Below, piece after piece: positions 28,807 through 37,643 of a stretch of DNA of 64,000 bases (positions within the stretch are counted from its first letter, which is position 1; each line of letters begins with the position of its first letter). The notes beneath the pieces are model-generated. The model had not been told where the DNA came from. It saw only the letters and a list, made by a program, of their open reading frames with translations, and did no database searches. A program made the position numbers and the translations under genes. Origin of the DNA: Ostreococcus lucimarinus (taxonomy: Eukaryota); the NCBI GenBank assembly GCA_000092065.1, contig CP000582.1; one strand, given 5' to 3'.

Positions 28807-28936
28807 GCGCGCTCGAGCGCGAGCCGTTTGTATTTCAAATTTGAACTTTTACGACGCGTCGCCCGAGACGACGCGCGCGTCTCGCGTCGAGGGCGACACA
28901 CGCGCGCGCGCCGACCGCGCCGAGCGACCGCGCGCG

Positions 28937-30024
28937 ATGGACGCGATCGATGTCCTCGCGGCGCGCGTGGCGAACGACCCCGAGCGCGCGTGGGGCGCGG
29001 TGATGAAGCGCATTAAAGTCGCGAAAGATGCCTTCATCGACGGTGGAGCGCGCGCGACGGATACGCCCGCGCACGCGGTCGCCGCGGCGCTGCTGCCGAT
29101 CGCGGACGCGCTGGACGACGCGCGAAGAAGCGCGCTCGCGTTCAAGACGACGAACGACGGCGCGAACGCGCGCGCGGTGGCGACGGCGGCGACGGCGGCG
29201 CGCGCGTCGACGAAGGACGCGGCGTTCGTCGCGCGAGGCGTCGGTTTCAACGCGCCGAGAGGGAAATACGACGCGCACGTGATGAAGAACGGAGACTTGG
29301 TGCTGGAAAATACGAAAGGGGCGCAGATAGTGATCGAGGGGCGGGACGTGCGACGGGTGCTGCGATTGGAGACCGGAGACGCGAATCAGACGAGTCTCGT
29401 CGTCGTGGGCTTGCGAGGCGAAGGCGCGCAAAACGGAAAGAGTCGATTGAAGACGCTGTGTGCGACGTTCAGAGGGAAGGATAAGCTCGTGATCGAAAGA
29501 GGTGGAGACGGTGACGGCGCCGAGGACGACGAGGGCGACGGTGAGGAGGGATCGACGCACGCGGCGCGGTTGTTTTTTCGCGCGCTCGAACGCGAGTACG
29601 GCGCGGAAACGTGCGGGACGACGAATCCCGTCAAAGTGTTCGCCGGAACGAAGGGTTTCGGTCACGTGCAAGCGACGAAAGGGTTCAACTCGGGACACTT
29701 ATTCTTTCTCAAAGAAGGCGTGGCGTTCGGACCGAGCCCGGCGATGTACGTGCACTTTGACGATTTGGAAGACTTGCGCGTGCTTCGCGCCGAAAACGCC
29801 GGTTCGAGCACGTTTGATTTGTCCATGACGCTCGAAGACGGCGTCGCCGTCGAGTTCTCGAACATTTCCCGAGATGAGCTCGAACACGTCAGTAGGTACT
29901 TGGCCAAGCGGTGCACGAGCGCGGACGACGCGCCGAGTGCGGCGGGCGCGCTCGGCGACGAGAGCGACGACGACGAGAGCGACGAAGACGACGAAGATTT
30001 CACTGGCCAAGAACCGGATTCGAG

Positions 30025-30056
<32 letters not shown>

Positions 30057-30289
30057 GCAACGAAGGTAATGATATGGAATATTCGTTCGACAACTCGGAC
30101 GAAGTGCGCGGTGACGCCTCGGATGCGAGCGACGCCGAGGCCGCGACGGACGATCGAGCCGAAAAGCGTCGCCGCGTCGACGCCGAACGACCGTCCACTC
30201 AAGCGCAAGCGCCCGCCGCCGCGGATTCCAGCGGAAGTGATTCCGAATCCGACGACAACGCCTTCACCGTGCAAGTCGCGAGGCCGTAG
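28937..30289 (+). CDS. double-PH-domain histone chaperone, Pob3/SSRP1 (FACT) or Rtt106-like
   Basis: Track ORF starts at TTG 28841. First ATG is 28937 (verified). KGFNSGHLFFLKEGVAFGPSPAMYVHFDDLEDL...FDLSMTLEDGVAVEFSNISRDELEHVSRYLAKR aligns with the Pob3/SSRP1 middle domain (YPLEKGFLFVHKPP...FDFEIETKQGTQYTFSSIEREEYGKLFDFVNAK). Long acidic Asp/Glu/Ser C-terminus. Confidence 0.65.
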
Positions 30290-30390
30290 ACGCGATGACG
30301 TTGATATTGAAATTCGAACCAACTTTGTTCGCCCGCCTCGTCGCCTCCAGCGCGCAAACTTCACTTCGCGACGACGCGCGCGCGCGGCTC

Positions 30391-31106
30391 ATGCCGCCCA
30401 AACGCAAAGCCGCCGCGACGGACGCGAAACCATCATCGGTGCGCGCGCGCGACGCGCGATTCGCGCCGATCGACGCGCCGTACGCGTCGCGCGACGCCGA
30501 AATGGACGAATTCGCGACTGACGACAAACCATCATTTCCGACGATTCGCAGGCGAAACGCGCGAAGAAAGCGCCGAAATCCACCGAAAAGGCTGCGGACG
30601 CGAGTGCGGACGACGCAGCCGTCGAGGGCGACGCCGATGACGACGCGGAGAACGAGCAAGGCGGTGAAAACGATGACGGTGAGATGGTGGACGGCGAGGA
30701 TCTCGACCACCGGCGGCGCGACGACGACGCCTCGATCGAGGCGCAGCGCGATGCCGATCGAGCGCGCATGCTGGAACTCTTGAAAACGTTTACACCGAGT
30801 CAGATGGAGCGATACGAGTGCTTTCGCAGGAGTAATCTGAGTAAAACGATGTTGCGAAGGTTGTTCAAAGCGGCGAGCGGGGTGACGCTCAACGCGAACG
30901 GATTGATCATATTAGCGGGGGTGTCGAAGATGTTCGTCGGAGAAATGGTGGAGACGGCGAGGGAGATCATGAAATCGCGAGGGATGAACGAGTACGAGGA
31001 GATACGACCGGAACACTTGCGAGAGGCGGCGGCTGTGATCGACGCGAAGGATGGGCTGTTGCGACGCAAGCGACAAAAGTCGTTGTTCACGCGAGGTTAC
31101 GCGTAG
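30391..31106 (+). CDS. TAF11: TFIID subunit TAF11; two exons
   Basis: Proposed join(30391..30438,30552..31106). Histone-fold region FTPSQMERYECFRRSNLSKTMLRRLFKAASGVTLNANGLIILAGVSKMFVGEMVETAREIM matches TAF11 ([57 protein letters not shown]). The histone-fold frame is open upstream to 30522 with no ATG before 30684. An ATG at 30391 in another frame gives MPPKRKAAATDAKPSS, followed by GTGCGCGCGC, GCGACTGACGAC and CAG at 30549-30551. The phase-0 junction gives ...KPSS/AKRAKKAPKS. The alternative start is the internal ATG 30684. Confidence 0.75.
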
Positions 31107-31260
31107 GGACGACGTTGGATAGATGATGCGAACGCGTGTTTCAGTAGCCTTAGCTGTATTAAATATACGATTGGATGCGTGCGGAATCGGGATTTTGACT
31201 CGTCGAGCGCGCGGTGGATTGACTTTCGTGGCTCTGACGCGCGTCGCTCGACGTCGTCGC

Positions 31261-32439
31261 TCACCCGCGACCAATCATCACGCTCGGTTTCCAGCGATAA
31301 TCACGCGCGGGGATGTCGACGAACGATGATCTATCACTCGACACTCGAATGGACGCGACGCCTCGCGTGCCGGCGTGCTCGAGCGCCTCCAAGCCGGCGT
31401 CGCCCTCGAACGCGGCGCGCGTGTGCTTCACCACGTACGTCGCTCGACGGTCCGCCATGGGTGTCGCCTCGACCGCGCGCTTCTTCTTCGTGAAGGCTTC
31501 TTTCGCTTTGACGAGCGCATTTTGTGACACCTTTTGCGCCGCACCGGCGGCGCGTCGCTTAAACGCGCCCATCTTCAACGCCGCGAGCGCCTTGAGCGCG
31601 GCGACTTGCGGCGTCGCCGCGGCGCGCATGAGCCCCGCCGCCGCGATCGCACCGAGCGCCACAGCCACCCACGCGCCACCGTTGTGCGTCTTACTCGCTT
31701 TGACCGCGCCCTTTTTCGCATCCGCGTCGTCCTGCGCGCCGTACGCGCTGTCTTCACTGATACCCCCCGGCGAGTCGCCGTAGCGGTTGGATTTCACCTC
31801 GCTCTCAAACGAGTCCAACTGATAGCCGTTGTGATGATACGTTCTCGGCGTCATCGGTTGCGAATACGCGTTAAACGTCTCAAACAATCGCACCGCCTCC
31901 TCCTCGCTCACATCTTCGTCGCTCACCGCTAGATCGTCGCGTTCCTTCGCTCCCAAGAATGACGTCGGCGTCTCCGCCGCGCGCGTCGCCTCCGTCGCCG
32001 CTCGCAGCGGACTCTCCGAAGATTTCATCACCTCAAATCCACCGTCCATCATCCGCGCGTACATCTCCAGATCTCCTGGCATCTCCAAAAATTCCCGCAC
32101 TCGTCGCAGCGCCTCTCGCTCCTCGCTCACGCTCTCCAGCGCCTTCATCGTCGCCGCGAACGCGCGTCGCCGCGCCCGCTCCAGCGCCGCGCCCGCGCGT
32201 TCCGTCTCTCGTCCATTCTCCCGCGTCGCCGCCATCGCGCCGTCCAGCGCTCGAGCCATCACTTCGAGCGCATCGCGCGCGTCGCACAGCGCTCGAAGTT
32301 CGAGCTCGACCGTCGTCGTCGCGACGCCGCGCGACCACTGATGGACCTCCTGGCGCTGAATCGCATCGGTGAGATGCATCGCGAGGCGACGCAGCGTCGC
32401 GCGCGCGGCGGCGTGCGCGGCGCTCGCGTCGGCGTGCAT
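31261..32439 (-). CDS. hypothetical coiled-coil protein with one predicted TM helix
   Basis: ATG verified (CAT 32437-32439). Coiled-coil N-terminal half, hydrophobic AWVAVALGAIAAAGLM, basic C-terminus. No family recognised. Confidence 0.45.
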   Translation of the reverse strand: MHADASAAHAAARATLRRLAMHLTDAIQRQEVHQWSRGVATTTVELELRALCDARDALEVMARALDGAMAATRENGRETERAGAALERARRRAFAATMKALESVSEEREALRRVREFLEMPGDLEMYARMMDGGFEVMKSSESPLRAATEATRAAETPTSFLGAKERDDLAVSDEDVSEEEAVRLFETFNAYSQPMTPRTYHHNGYQLDSFESEVKSNRYGDSPGGISEDSAYGAQDDADAKKGAVKASKTHNGGAWVAVALGAIAAAGLMRAAATPQVAALKALAALKMGAFKRRAAGAAQKVSQNALVKAKEAFTKKKRAVEATPMADRRATYVVKHTRAAFEGDAGLEALEHAGTRGVASIRVSSDRSSFVDIPARDYRWKPSVMIGRG

Positions 32440-32697
32440 GGTGCTTTTTTTTTCTTTTTTACGTCTCGATCGCGTCTCTCGCGCGCGCGGTCCTCGGTCG
32501 GCGCGCGGCGACGTGTCGCGCAGGGGGGACGAACGAACGAACCGAACCGTCGCGATGTCAACGGCTTTTTTCCTCGGCGGTTTTTCGGCTGGTTTTTCGG
32601 CGACGAGGGGCTCTTTCGAGGACGGCGAGCGATCGTCGGGCGATGCGAGCGCGGGACGAGCGAAGCGAAGCGAAGAAATCGATCGAAGGGCGAGGTC

Positions 32698-33894
32698 TCA
32701 CAAGTTGACGAGGATGGGGTAGTCGCGCAAGAGCTCGGTTTGGGTGAGGACGTCGCCGTCTTCCTGCGGCGTCCATAAGACTTCGACGGCTTGTAAAGCC
32801 TCGACGCGCACGGCGCCGAGACGCTTGAGCGCGGTCTTTAAGTCGTTGGCGTCGGTGATGTCGGGCATTTTGACGCCGCCGTCCGCGGCGGCGATGATGG
32901 TGACGAGGATGTAGTCGTTGGTGTCGGCGGCGGGGTCGACGCCGACGGTTTCGGCGCGGCGGCGAGCGTTGACGTTGACGAGGGTTTCTTTCTCGAATTT
33001 CCCGCGCTCGTCGATGGAGTAATCGTTGAACGTCTCTTCCGCTTGTTCCGGACCGCGACACACCTTGGAGGCGGCGTAGCCGTAGACGCAATACTCGGGA
33101 TTACGCAACAGCGCGAGCGCCGTCTCCGACAGCACAAAGTGCAAACCGTCGGGCGACGACGTGTCGGCTTTGTCCGCGATGCGCTCCAAATCCTTCTGCA
33201 ACGCGCGCGCGGAGCCTAACAGGCCAACCTGTATCTTCACCACGCTGATCGAGTCCCCGCCCGCGCTCAATCCGTCGCCGAACCCGCCGCGTCCCGTCGC
33301 GTTCCGCAGCGCGTTCGACGCCGCGAGCGCCAGCATCGCAAACAAAACGAGGTTAAAGAACCCTCCGCCGCCGTACCCCATGCCGTACCCCATGCCGTAC
33401 CCGTACCCAAGTCCCGGTCCGATGAAAAACGACGACGTCCGCGTCCCGCTTCCCGCGCCGCTCGCCCGCGGCGACGGCGCGCCCAGTCCCGCGCCCCGCG
33501 TCGACCCCATCCCCGAGCTCCCGAGCCCCCGAAACGACGGCGACGACATCGCGCTCGCCGCTCGAAAGCTCCCACCGCCCATCCGTCCCCCGCTCCGCGC
33601 CGCGAGCGCCGCGTCCGGCGTCGACATCGCCGCGATCGCCGCGATCGCCGCCGCGATCGCCGCCGCGCCGACCCGTTCGCGCGCCCGCGCCGTCCACGAC
33701 GACGACGCGCGCGCGCGCGCGTCGTCGTCGTCCGTCCCGTCGGCGTCCCGTCGTCGCCATCGCGCGCGCGTCGACGCGTCATCGCGCGTCCGCGTCGTCG
33801 TTCGTCGCGCCTTTCGCGTCGAACCGCGCGTCGTCGTCGCGCGCGCGCGCGCCTCGTTCGCGCGTCTCGGCGCGCGCGATGACACGACGCGCAT
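32698..33894 (-). CDS. DUF1517-family (plant FLAP1-like) putative plastid membrane protein
   Basis: C-terminal domain VVKIQVGLLGSARALQKDLERIADKADTSSPDGLHFVLSETALALLRNPEYCVYGY matches DUF1517. Gly-rich GYGMGYGMGYGGGGFF segment. Start placed at CAT 33892-33894 (MRVVSSRAPRR, transit-peptide-like); the rest of the track ORF to 34110 overlaps the neighbouring gene. Start is uncertain. Confidence 0.6.
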   Translation of the reverse strand: MRVVSSRAPRRANEARARATTTRGSTRKARRTTTRTRDDASTRARWRRRDADGTDDDDARARASSSWTARARERVGAAAIAAAIAAIAAMSTPDAALAARSGGRMGGGSFRAASAMSSPSFRGLGSSGMGSTRGAGLGAPSPRASGAGSGTRTSSFFIGPGLGYGYGMGYGMGYGGGGFFNLVLFAMLALAASNALRNATGRGGFGDGLSAGGDSISVVKIQVGLLGSARALQKDLERIADKADTSSPDGLHFVLSETALALLRNPEYCVYGYAASKVCRGPEQAEETFNDYSIDERGKFEKETLVNVNARRRAETVGVDPAADTNDYILVTIIAAADGGVKMPDITDANDLKTALKRLGAVRVEALQAVEVLWTPQEDGDVLTQTELLRDYPILVNL

Positions 33895-33989
33895 CGCGCG
33901 CGTCGTCGTCGCGCGACGCGCCGAGACGCGCGACTCGACGCGCGCGACGCGATTCGCGTCACTGTGTGCCGCGACGCATCGAATCGCCG

Positions 33990-35168
33990 ATGGCGTCGCC
34001 GTCGCGCGCGCTCGCGCTCGCGCGCGTCGTCGCGCTCGCGACGCGCGCGCGAGGACGCGCGTCGCGCGTCGCGCCGTCGCGCGTCGCGTCGTCGCGCGCC
34101 GGCGGAACACCGGCGGGCGAGGCGCGACGACGACGCGACGACGACGGCGACGGCGACGGCGACGACGACGGCGCGCGCGACGGCGCGACGGCGCGACGGC
34201 GACGGCGGACGATCGACCAGAGGCGCGAGCGGGGATTCGGGAGCGAACGGAACCGCGCGGCGACGCGGACGGCGACGAATGCGTGGGAGAATCGCGCGCG
34301 CGGGTTCACGTCGAGGTCGAACGACGGCGCGTTCGCGAACGACGAACGCGAGGGCGACGGTGGGGACGAGGGACGGCGCGGAGGAGCGTGGGAAGATGAC
34401 GAGTTAGAGCGCGTGAGTAAGATACTGGCGCGGCGAGGGACGTGCAGTCGACGGGAGGCGGAGCGGTTGATCGAGGACGGTCGCGTGCTGGTGGACGGCG
34501 AGACGATCGAACTCGGGTTCAAGGCGCGCGCGAACGCGAGGATCGAGATCACGGGGGAGGGGACGAGATGGTTGAGGGAGAAATTGACGGTGATCGTGAA
34601 TAAACCGCCGGGGTACGTCAGTAATTTGCCCGCGGAGGGGGAGATCGCGGCGGCGGCGTGCGTGGAGCCGCGAAACGCGTGGATGCGAGCGATGGAGGGG
34701 ACGCCGATGGATGATTTAAAGCGCGTCACGCGAGACGTTTCGTCGTTCAACGTGTGCGGACGGTTGGATAAAGACAGTCGAGGGTTGTTGATTCTCACCG
34801 AGGACGGTGCGCTGGCGCGGAGCGTCATCGGCGGGAACGGAGTGTTGAAAAAGTACGTCGTCACGACGGACGCCGACGTGCGAGAGTCCCACATGCGTTC
34901 GCTCAACGGCCGAGTGCAACTGGACGGCGTGGAACTACTGCCCATGAACGTCCAACGTCTCGGTCACGGATCGCGCACGCTCGAGTTCAACCTTCGCGAG
35001 GGGAAGAATAGACAAATCAGACGCGTGTGCGAGAAATTCGGCTTGCGCGTCGTGGATTTACATCGCGTACAAATCGGGGACGTCCAGATCGGGGACTTGC
35101 CCGAGGGCGCGTGGAGATTGATGAGCGAACGCGAAGTCCGCGAGCTTCGCGAACTCGAGTTCGAATGA
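33990..35168 (+). CDS. RsuA/RluB-type pseudouridine synthase with S4 domain, probably organelle-targeted
   Basis: S4 domain ERVSKILARRGTCSRREAERLIEDGRVLVDG, catalytic GRLDKDSRGLLILTEDG (Asp), KKYVVTTDADV, GKNRQIRRVCEKFGLRVVDLHRVQIGDV. Track ORF starts at ATG 33879. Internal ATG 33990 gives a presequence-like MASPSRALALARVVALATRARG and leaves a 95-bp gap to the divergent DUF1517 gene. Confidence 0.75.
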   Translation: MASPSRALALARVVALATRARGRASRVAPSRVASSRAGGTPAGEARRRRDDDGDGDGDDDGARDGATARRRRRTIDQRRERGFGSERNRAATRTATNAWENRARGFTSRSNDGAFANDEREGDGGDEGRRGGAWEDDELERVSKILARRGTCSRREAERLIEDGRVLVDGETIELGFKARANARIEITGEGTRWLREKLTVIVNKPPGYVSNLPAEGEIAAAACVEPRNAWMRAMEGTPMDDLKRVTRDVSSFNVCGRLDKDSRGLLILTEDGALARSVIGGNGVLKKYVVTTDADVRESHMRSLNGRVQLDGVELLPMNVQRLGHGSRTLEFNLREGKNRQIRRVCEKFGLRVVDLHRVQIGDVQIGDLPEGAWRLMSEREVRELRELEFE

Positions 35169-35247
35169 GAGCGTTCCGCTCGTGTGTGTTATTAAATGTA
35201 ATGTGTAAATCTTTCCCTTTGCGTGTGAGCGTCGTTGATTTCAGTCT

Positions 35248-36225
35248 TTAAGACGGCAACTCGTTGAATTTCGACTTTTCAGGCTTGCCCTTTTTCTTGG
35301 ACTTCGCAGCCTTCTCTTTCGCCGCCGCGGCGACGGCGGCGGCGCCCGTGAGTTTCTTCTTCTTTTTCGCCGCCGCGGCTTTGGCGAGCTTGGCGCGAGC
35401 GACCTCGGGATCGACGAGCTCCACCGGCGCCGCGGGTTGTTCCGCGGCGACGCTCTCTGTTTGCGTTGTCGCACCTCGCGCTTTGGCTTCGGCCTCAGCC
35501 TTTTCTCTCGCCTCGCGAGCCGCCTTTTTCCTGCGTCTCGCCTCGGCTTTCGCCGGGTCGCTCGCGTCGCCCGAGTCAACCTTGTCGGCCAACCCGAGCT
35601 CCTTGAGCGCGTTCTCAAACTCTTCCGCCTCCAACCGCGCCTTTTCCTTCTTAGAGAGCACCTTTTCGCTCTCCTTCGCCGCCTTCGCCGCGCGCGCTCG
35701 CGCTTCGCCATCCTCCGACGCTCTCGTCTCCGTCGCCGTCTCCTCCTCGTCGTCGCTCGGCAACTCGCGCAACATATCCTCAACTCCCTCGCTCTGCAAC
35801 ACGCTCTTCACCTCCGCCTCGACCTTCGCCTTCGCTCTCGCCTCATCCTCCGCGCGTTTCGCCGCCGCCGCCGCCTCCGCCCGCTCTCGCGCTTCCGTTT
35901 CCTCTCGCTCGCGCGCCAAGAGGTTTTCGTCCCGCGGCGGTCCGTCGTCCTCGAAATCCGCCCACGACCCCGCTTGTTCCAGCGGCAGCAGGCTCGGCAG
36001 GTGCGTCTTCGGCGGCACGTACTTATCGCTCTTCGTCGGTTCCGGTTCCTTCGTCGGTTCCGGTTCCTTCGTCGTCGTCGTCGGTTCCGGTTCCTTCGTC
36101 GTCGGTTCGGTCGTCGGTGCCGTTCTTTCCGTCGTCGCGTCCTCGGTCGTCGCCTTCGCGTCGCCGTCCCTGTGCCCCTTGTGCGCGATGTGCCCGACGA
36201 GATTCTTCAGGAATCCGAACGGCAT
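35248..36225 (-). CDS. hypothetical Glu/Lys/Ala-rich charged protein with TKEPEP repeats
   Basis: ATG at CAT 36223-36225 (MPFGFLKNLVGHIAHKGH); upstream part of track ORF 35248..36606 is R-rich. TKEPEP repeats are encoded by a GGTTCCGGTTCCTTCGTCG tandem repeat at about 36040..36120. AGSWADFEDDGP, long coiled E/K/A region, KKKKK tail. Confidence 0.5.
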   Translation of the reverse strand: MPFGFLKNLVGHIAHKGHRDGDAKATTEDATTERTAPTTEPTTKEPEPTTTTKEPEPTKEPEPTKSDKYVPPKTHLPSLLPLEQAGSWADFEDDGPPRDENLLAREREETEARERAEAAAAAKRAEDEARAKAKVEAEVKSVLQSEGVEDMLRELPSDDEEETATETRASEDGEARARAAKAAKESEKVLSKKEKARLEAEEFENALKELGLADKVDSGDASDPAKAEARRRKKAAREAREKAEAEAKARGATTQTESVAAEQPAAPVELVDPEVARAKLAKAAAAKKKKKLTGAAAVAAAAKEKAAKSKKKGKPEKSKFNELPS

Positions 36226-36376
36226 CGCGCCCGCGCGCGCGCGTCGGCGTGTGCGACGACGACGACGACGACGCGAAACCCTGTGTGTGTGCAGTCGTGT
36301 GGGCAAACAGTACGACGTCTGTGATGTATGATGCGTCGGTGGACGCGCGCGGGTCGCCCGCGCGCGGCACACGGCG

Positions 36377-37327
36377 ATGGCGCGCGCGCGGGACGGCGAC
36401 GGCGAGGACGCGGAGCTCGCGCTCGGGCGCGCGCGACGCGCGCGCGAGGGCGCGACGGGAGACGACGTCGGGACGACGACGACGACGACGACATCGGCGT
36501 CGTCGACATCGGCGGCGGTGCGGGCGGCGCGAGCGCGCGCGGACCCCAAGCGGCGGACGCTGGCGGAACGATTTTGTCGCACGCAGCTGGGGGTGTGGTA
36601 CGACAAGCGACGCGAGCCGTGGCACGCGCACGGAGAGGTGATGATGATCGCGCTCGGGCAACTGTTTGAAGTCGCGGCGTACGCGACGACGCGAACGGCG
36701 AACGTGTCGCTGTGTGGATACGTCGAGGTGGTGCCGAATCACGTGGCGTTGATGTACTTCATGAGCGTGGCGGGAGCGCTGGACGCGTGCGCGTGGTCGA
36801 GCGCGATGGCGACGCGAGGGGAGACGCGAGGCTGGGCGAGGTGCGCGAGAGCGCTGGCGGGCGTCGTTCCGACGGCGGCGCTCGCGGGGACGTTCGCGTT
36901 TCCGAGGTGCATGTTCGGCGTGCATCAGCGGTGCGTGGTGTGGTGGGCGTGGAGCGCGCTGGGGGCGATGGTGCTGGAGTGGGCGCTGGATTTGAAGTGC
37001 GTCCGAAGCGCGGCGCGACGGAGCGAACGCGTGGTGACGAGCGACGTCGCGCTACCGCAGCTGACGTACGCGTTGGGATTCTACATCACGATGAAGTATT
37101 ATTACACCAACTCAACCGAGTTCTTTCGCGGCGAAGCGTTGGCCGCGACGAGTTTCGGGTGGTGGTGCATGAGTAAGCATCGCGCGGGGACGTTTGCGCA
37201 CCAGCCGGCGGCGCGCGCGTGGACGTGGCGCGAGTTCGTCTTGATCGATGGCATCTTAGCCGTGGCGCTGTTGTCCGTCTATCGATACAACGAATATCAC
37301 AACTGCGCGGCGTTCGGGAGGTTTTGA
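36377..37327 (+). CDS. hypothetical multi-pass membrane protein
   Basis: ATG verified at 36377. Several hydrophobic helices (MIALGQLFEVAAYATT, ALMYFMSVAGALDACAW, VVWWAWSALGAMVLEWAL, LIDGILAVALLSVY). No family recognised. Confidence 0.5.
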   Translation: MARARDGDGEDAELALGRARRAREGATGDDVGTTTTTTTSASSTSAAVRAARARADPKRRTLAERFCRTQLGVWYDKRREPWHAHGEVMMIALGQLFEVAAYATTRTANVSLCGYVEVVPNHVALMYFMSVAGALDACAWSSAMATRGETRGWARCARALAGVVPTAALAGTFAFPRCMFGVHQRCVVWWAWSALGAMVLEWALDLKCVRSAARRSERVVTSDVALPQLTYALGFYITMKYYYTNSTEFFRGEALAATSFGWWCMSKHRAGTFAHQPAARAWTWREFVLIDGILAVALLSVYRYNEYHNCAAFGRF

Positions 37328-37643
37328 GTCATCCGTACGCGATAGAAAGAATGTTATGTAAAAGTACTAGCGGTAGTCAACGCGGCGACGGTCAACGCGC
37401 GCGTGGCCTATTCTCCAAAGCGTCACGCGACGACGACGATGTCTTTCGCCGCAAAACCGCGATTCGATTCGTACGCCGCGCGCTGGCGAGGTACGGCGCT
37501 GGCAAAGTTTTTGGGCATCGGCTGGACTGGGCGGGCGCGCGACGCCGCGAAAGTCGCGACTTCGACACGCACGCGGTGGCGCGAAAAATCCTTGGCACTC
37601 CGCGAAGCAATTAGACGCGCTCGTTCACAGAATGCTAGTGATG

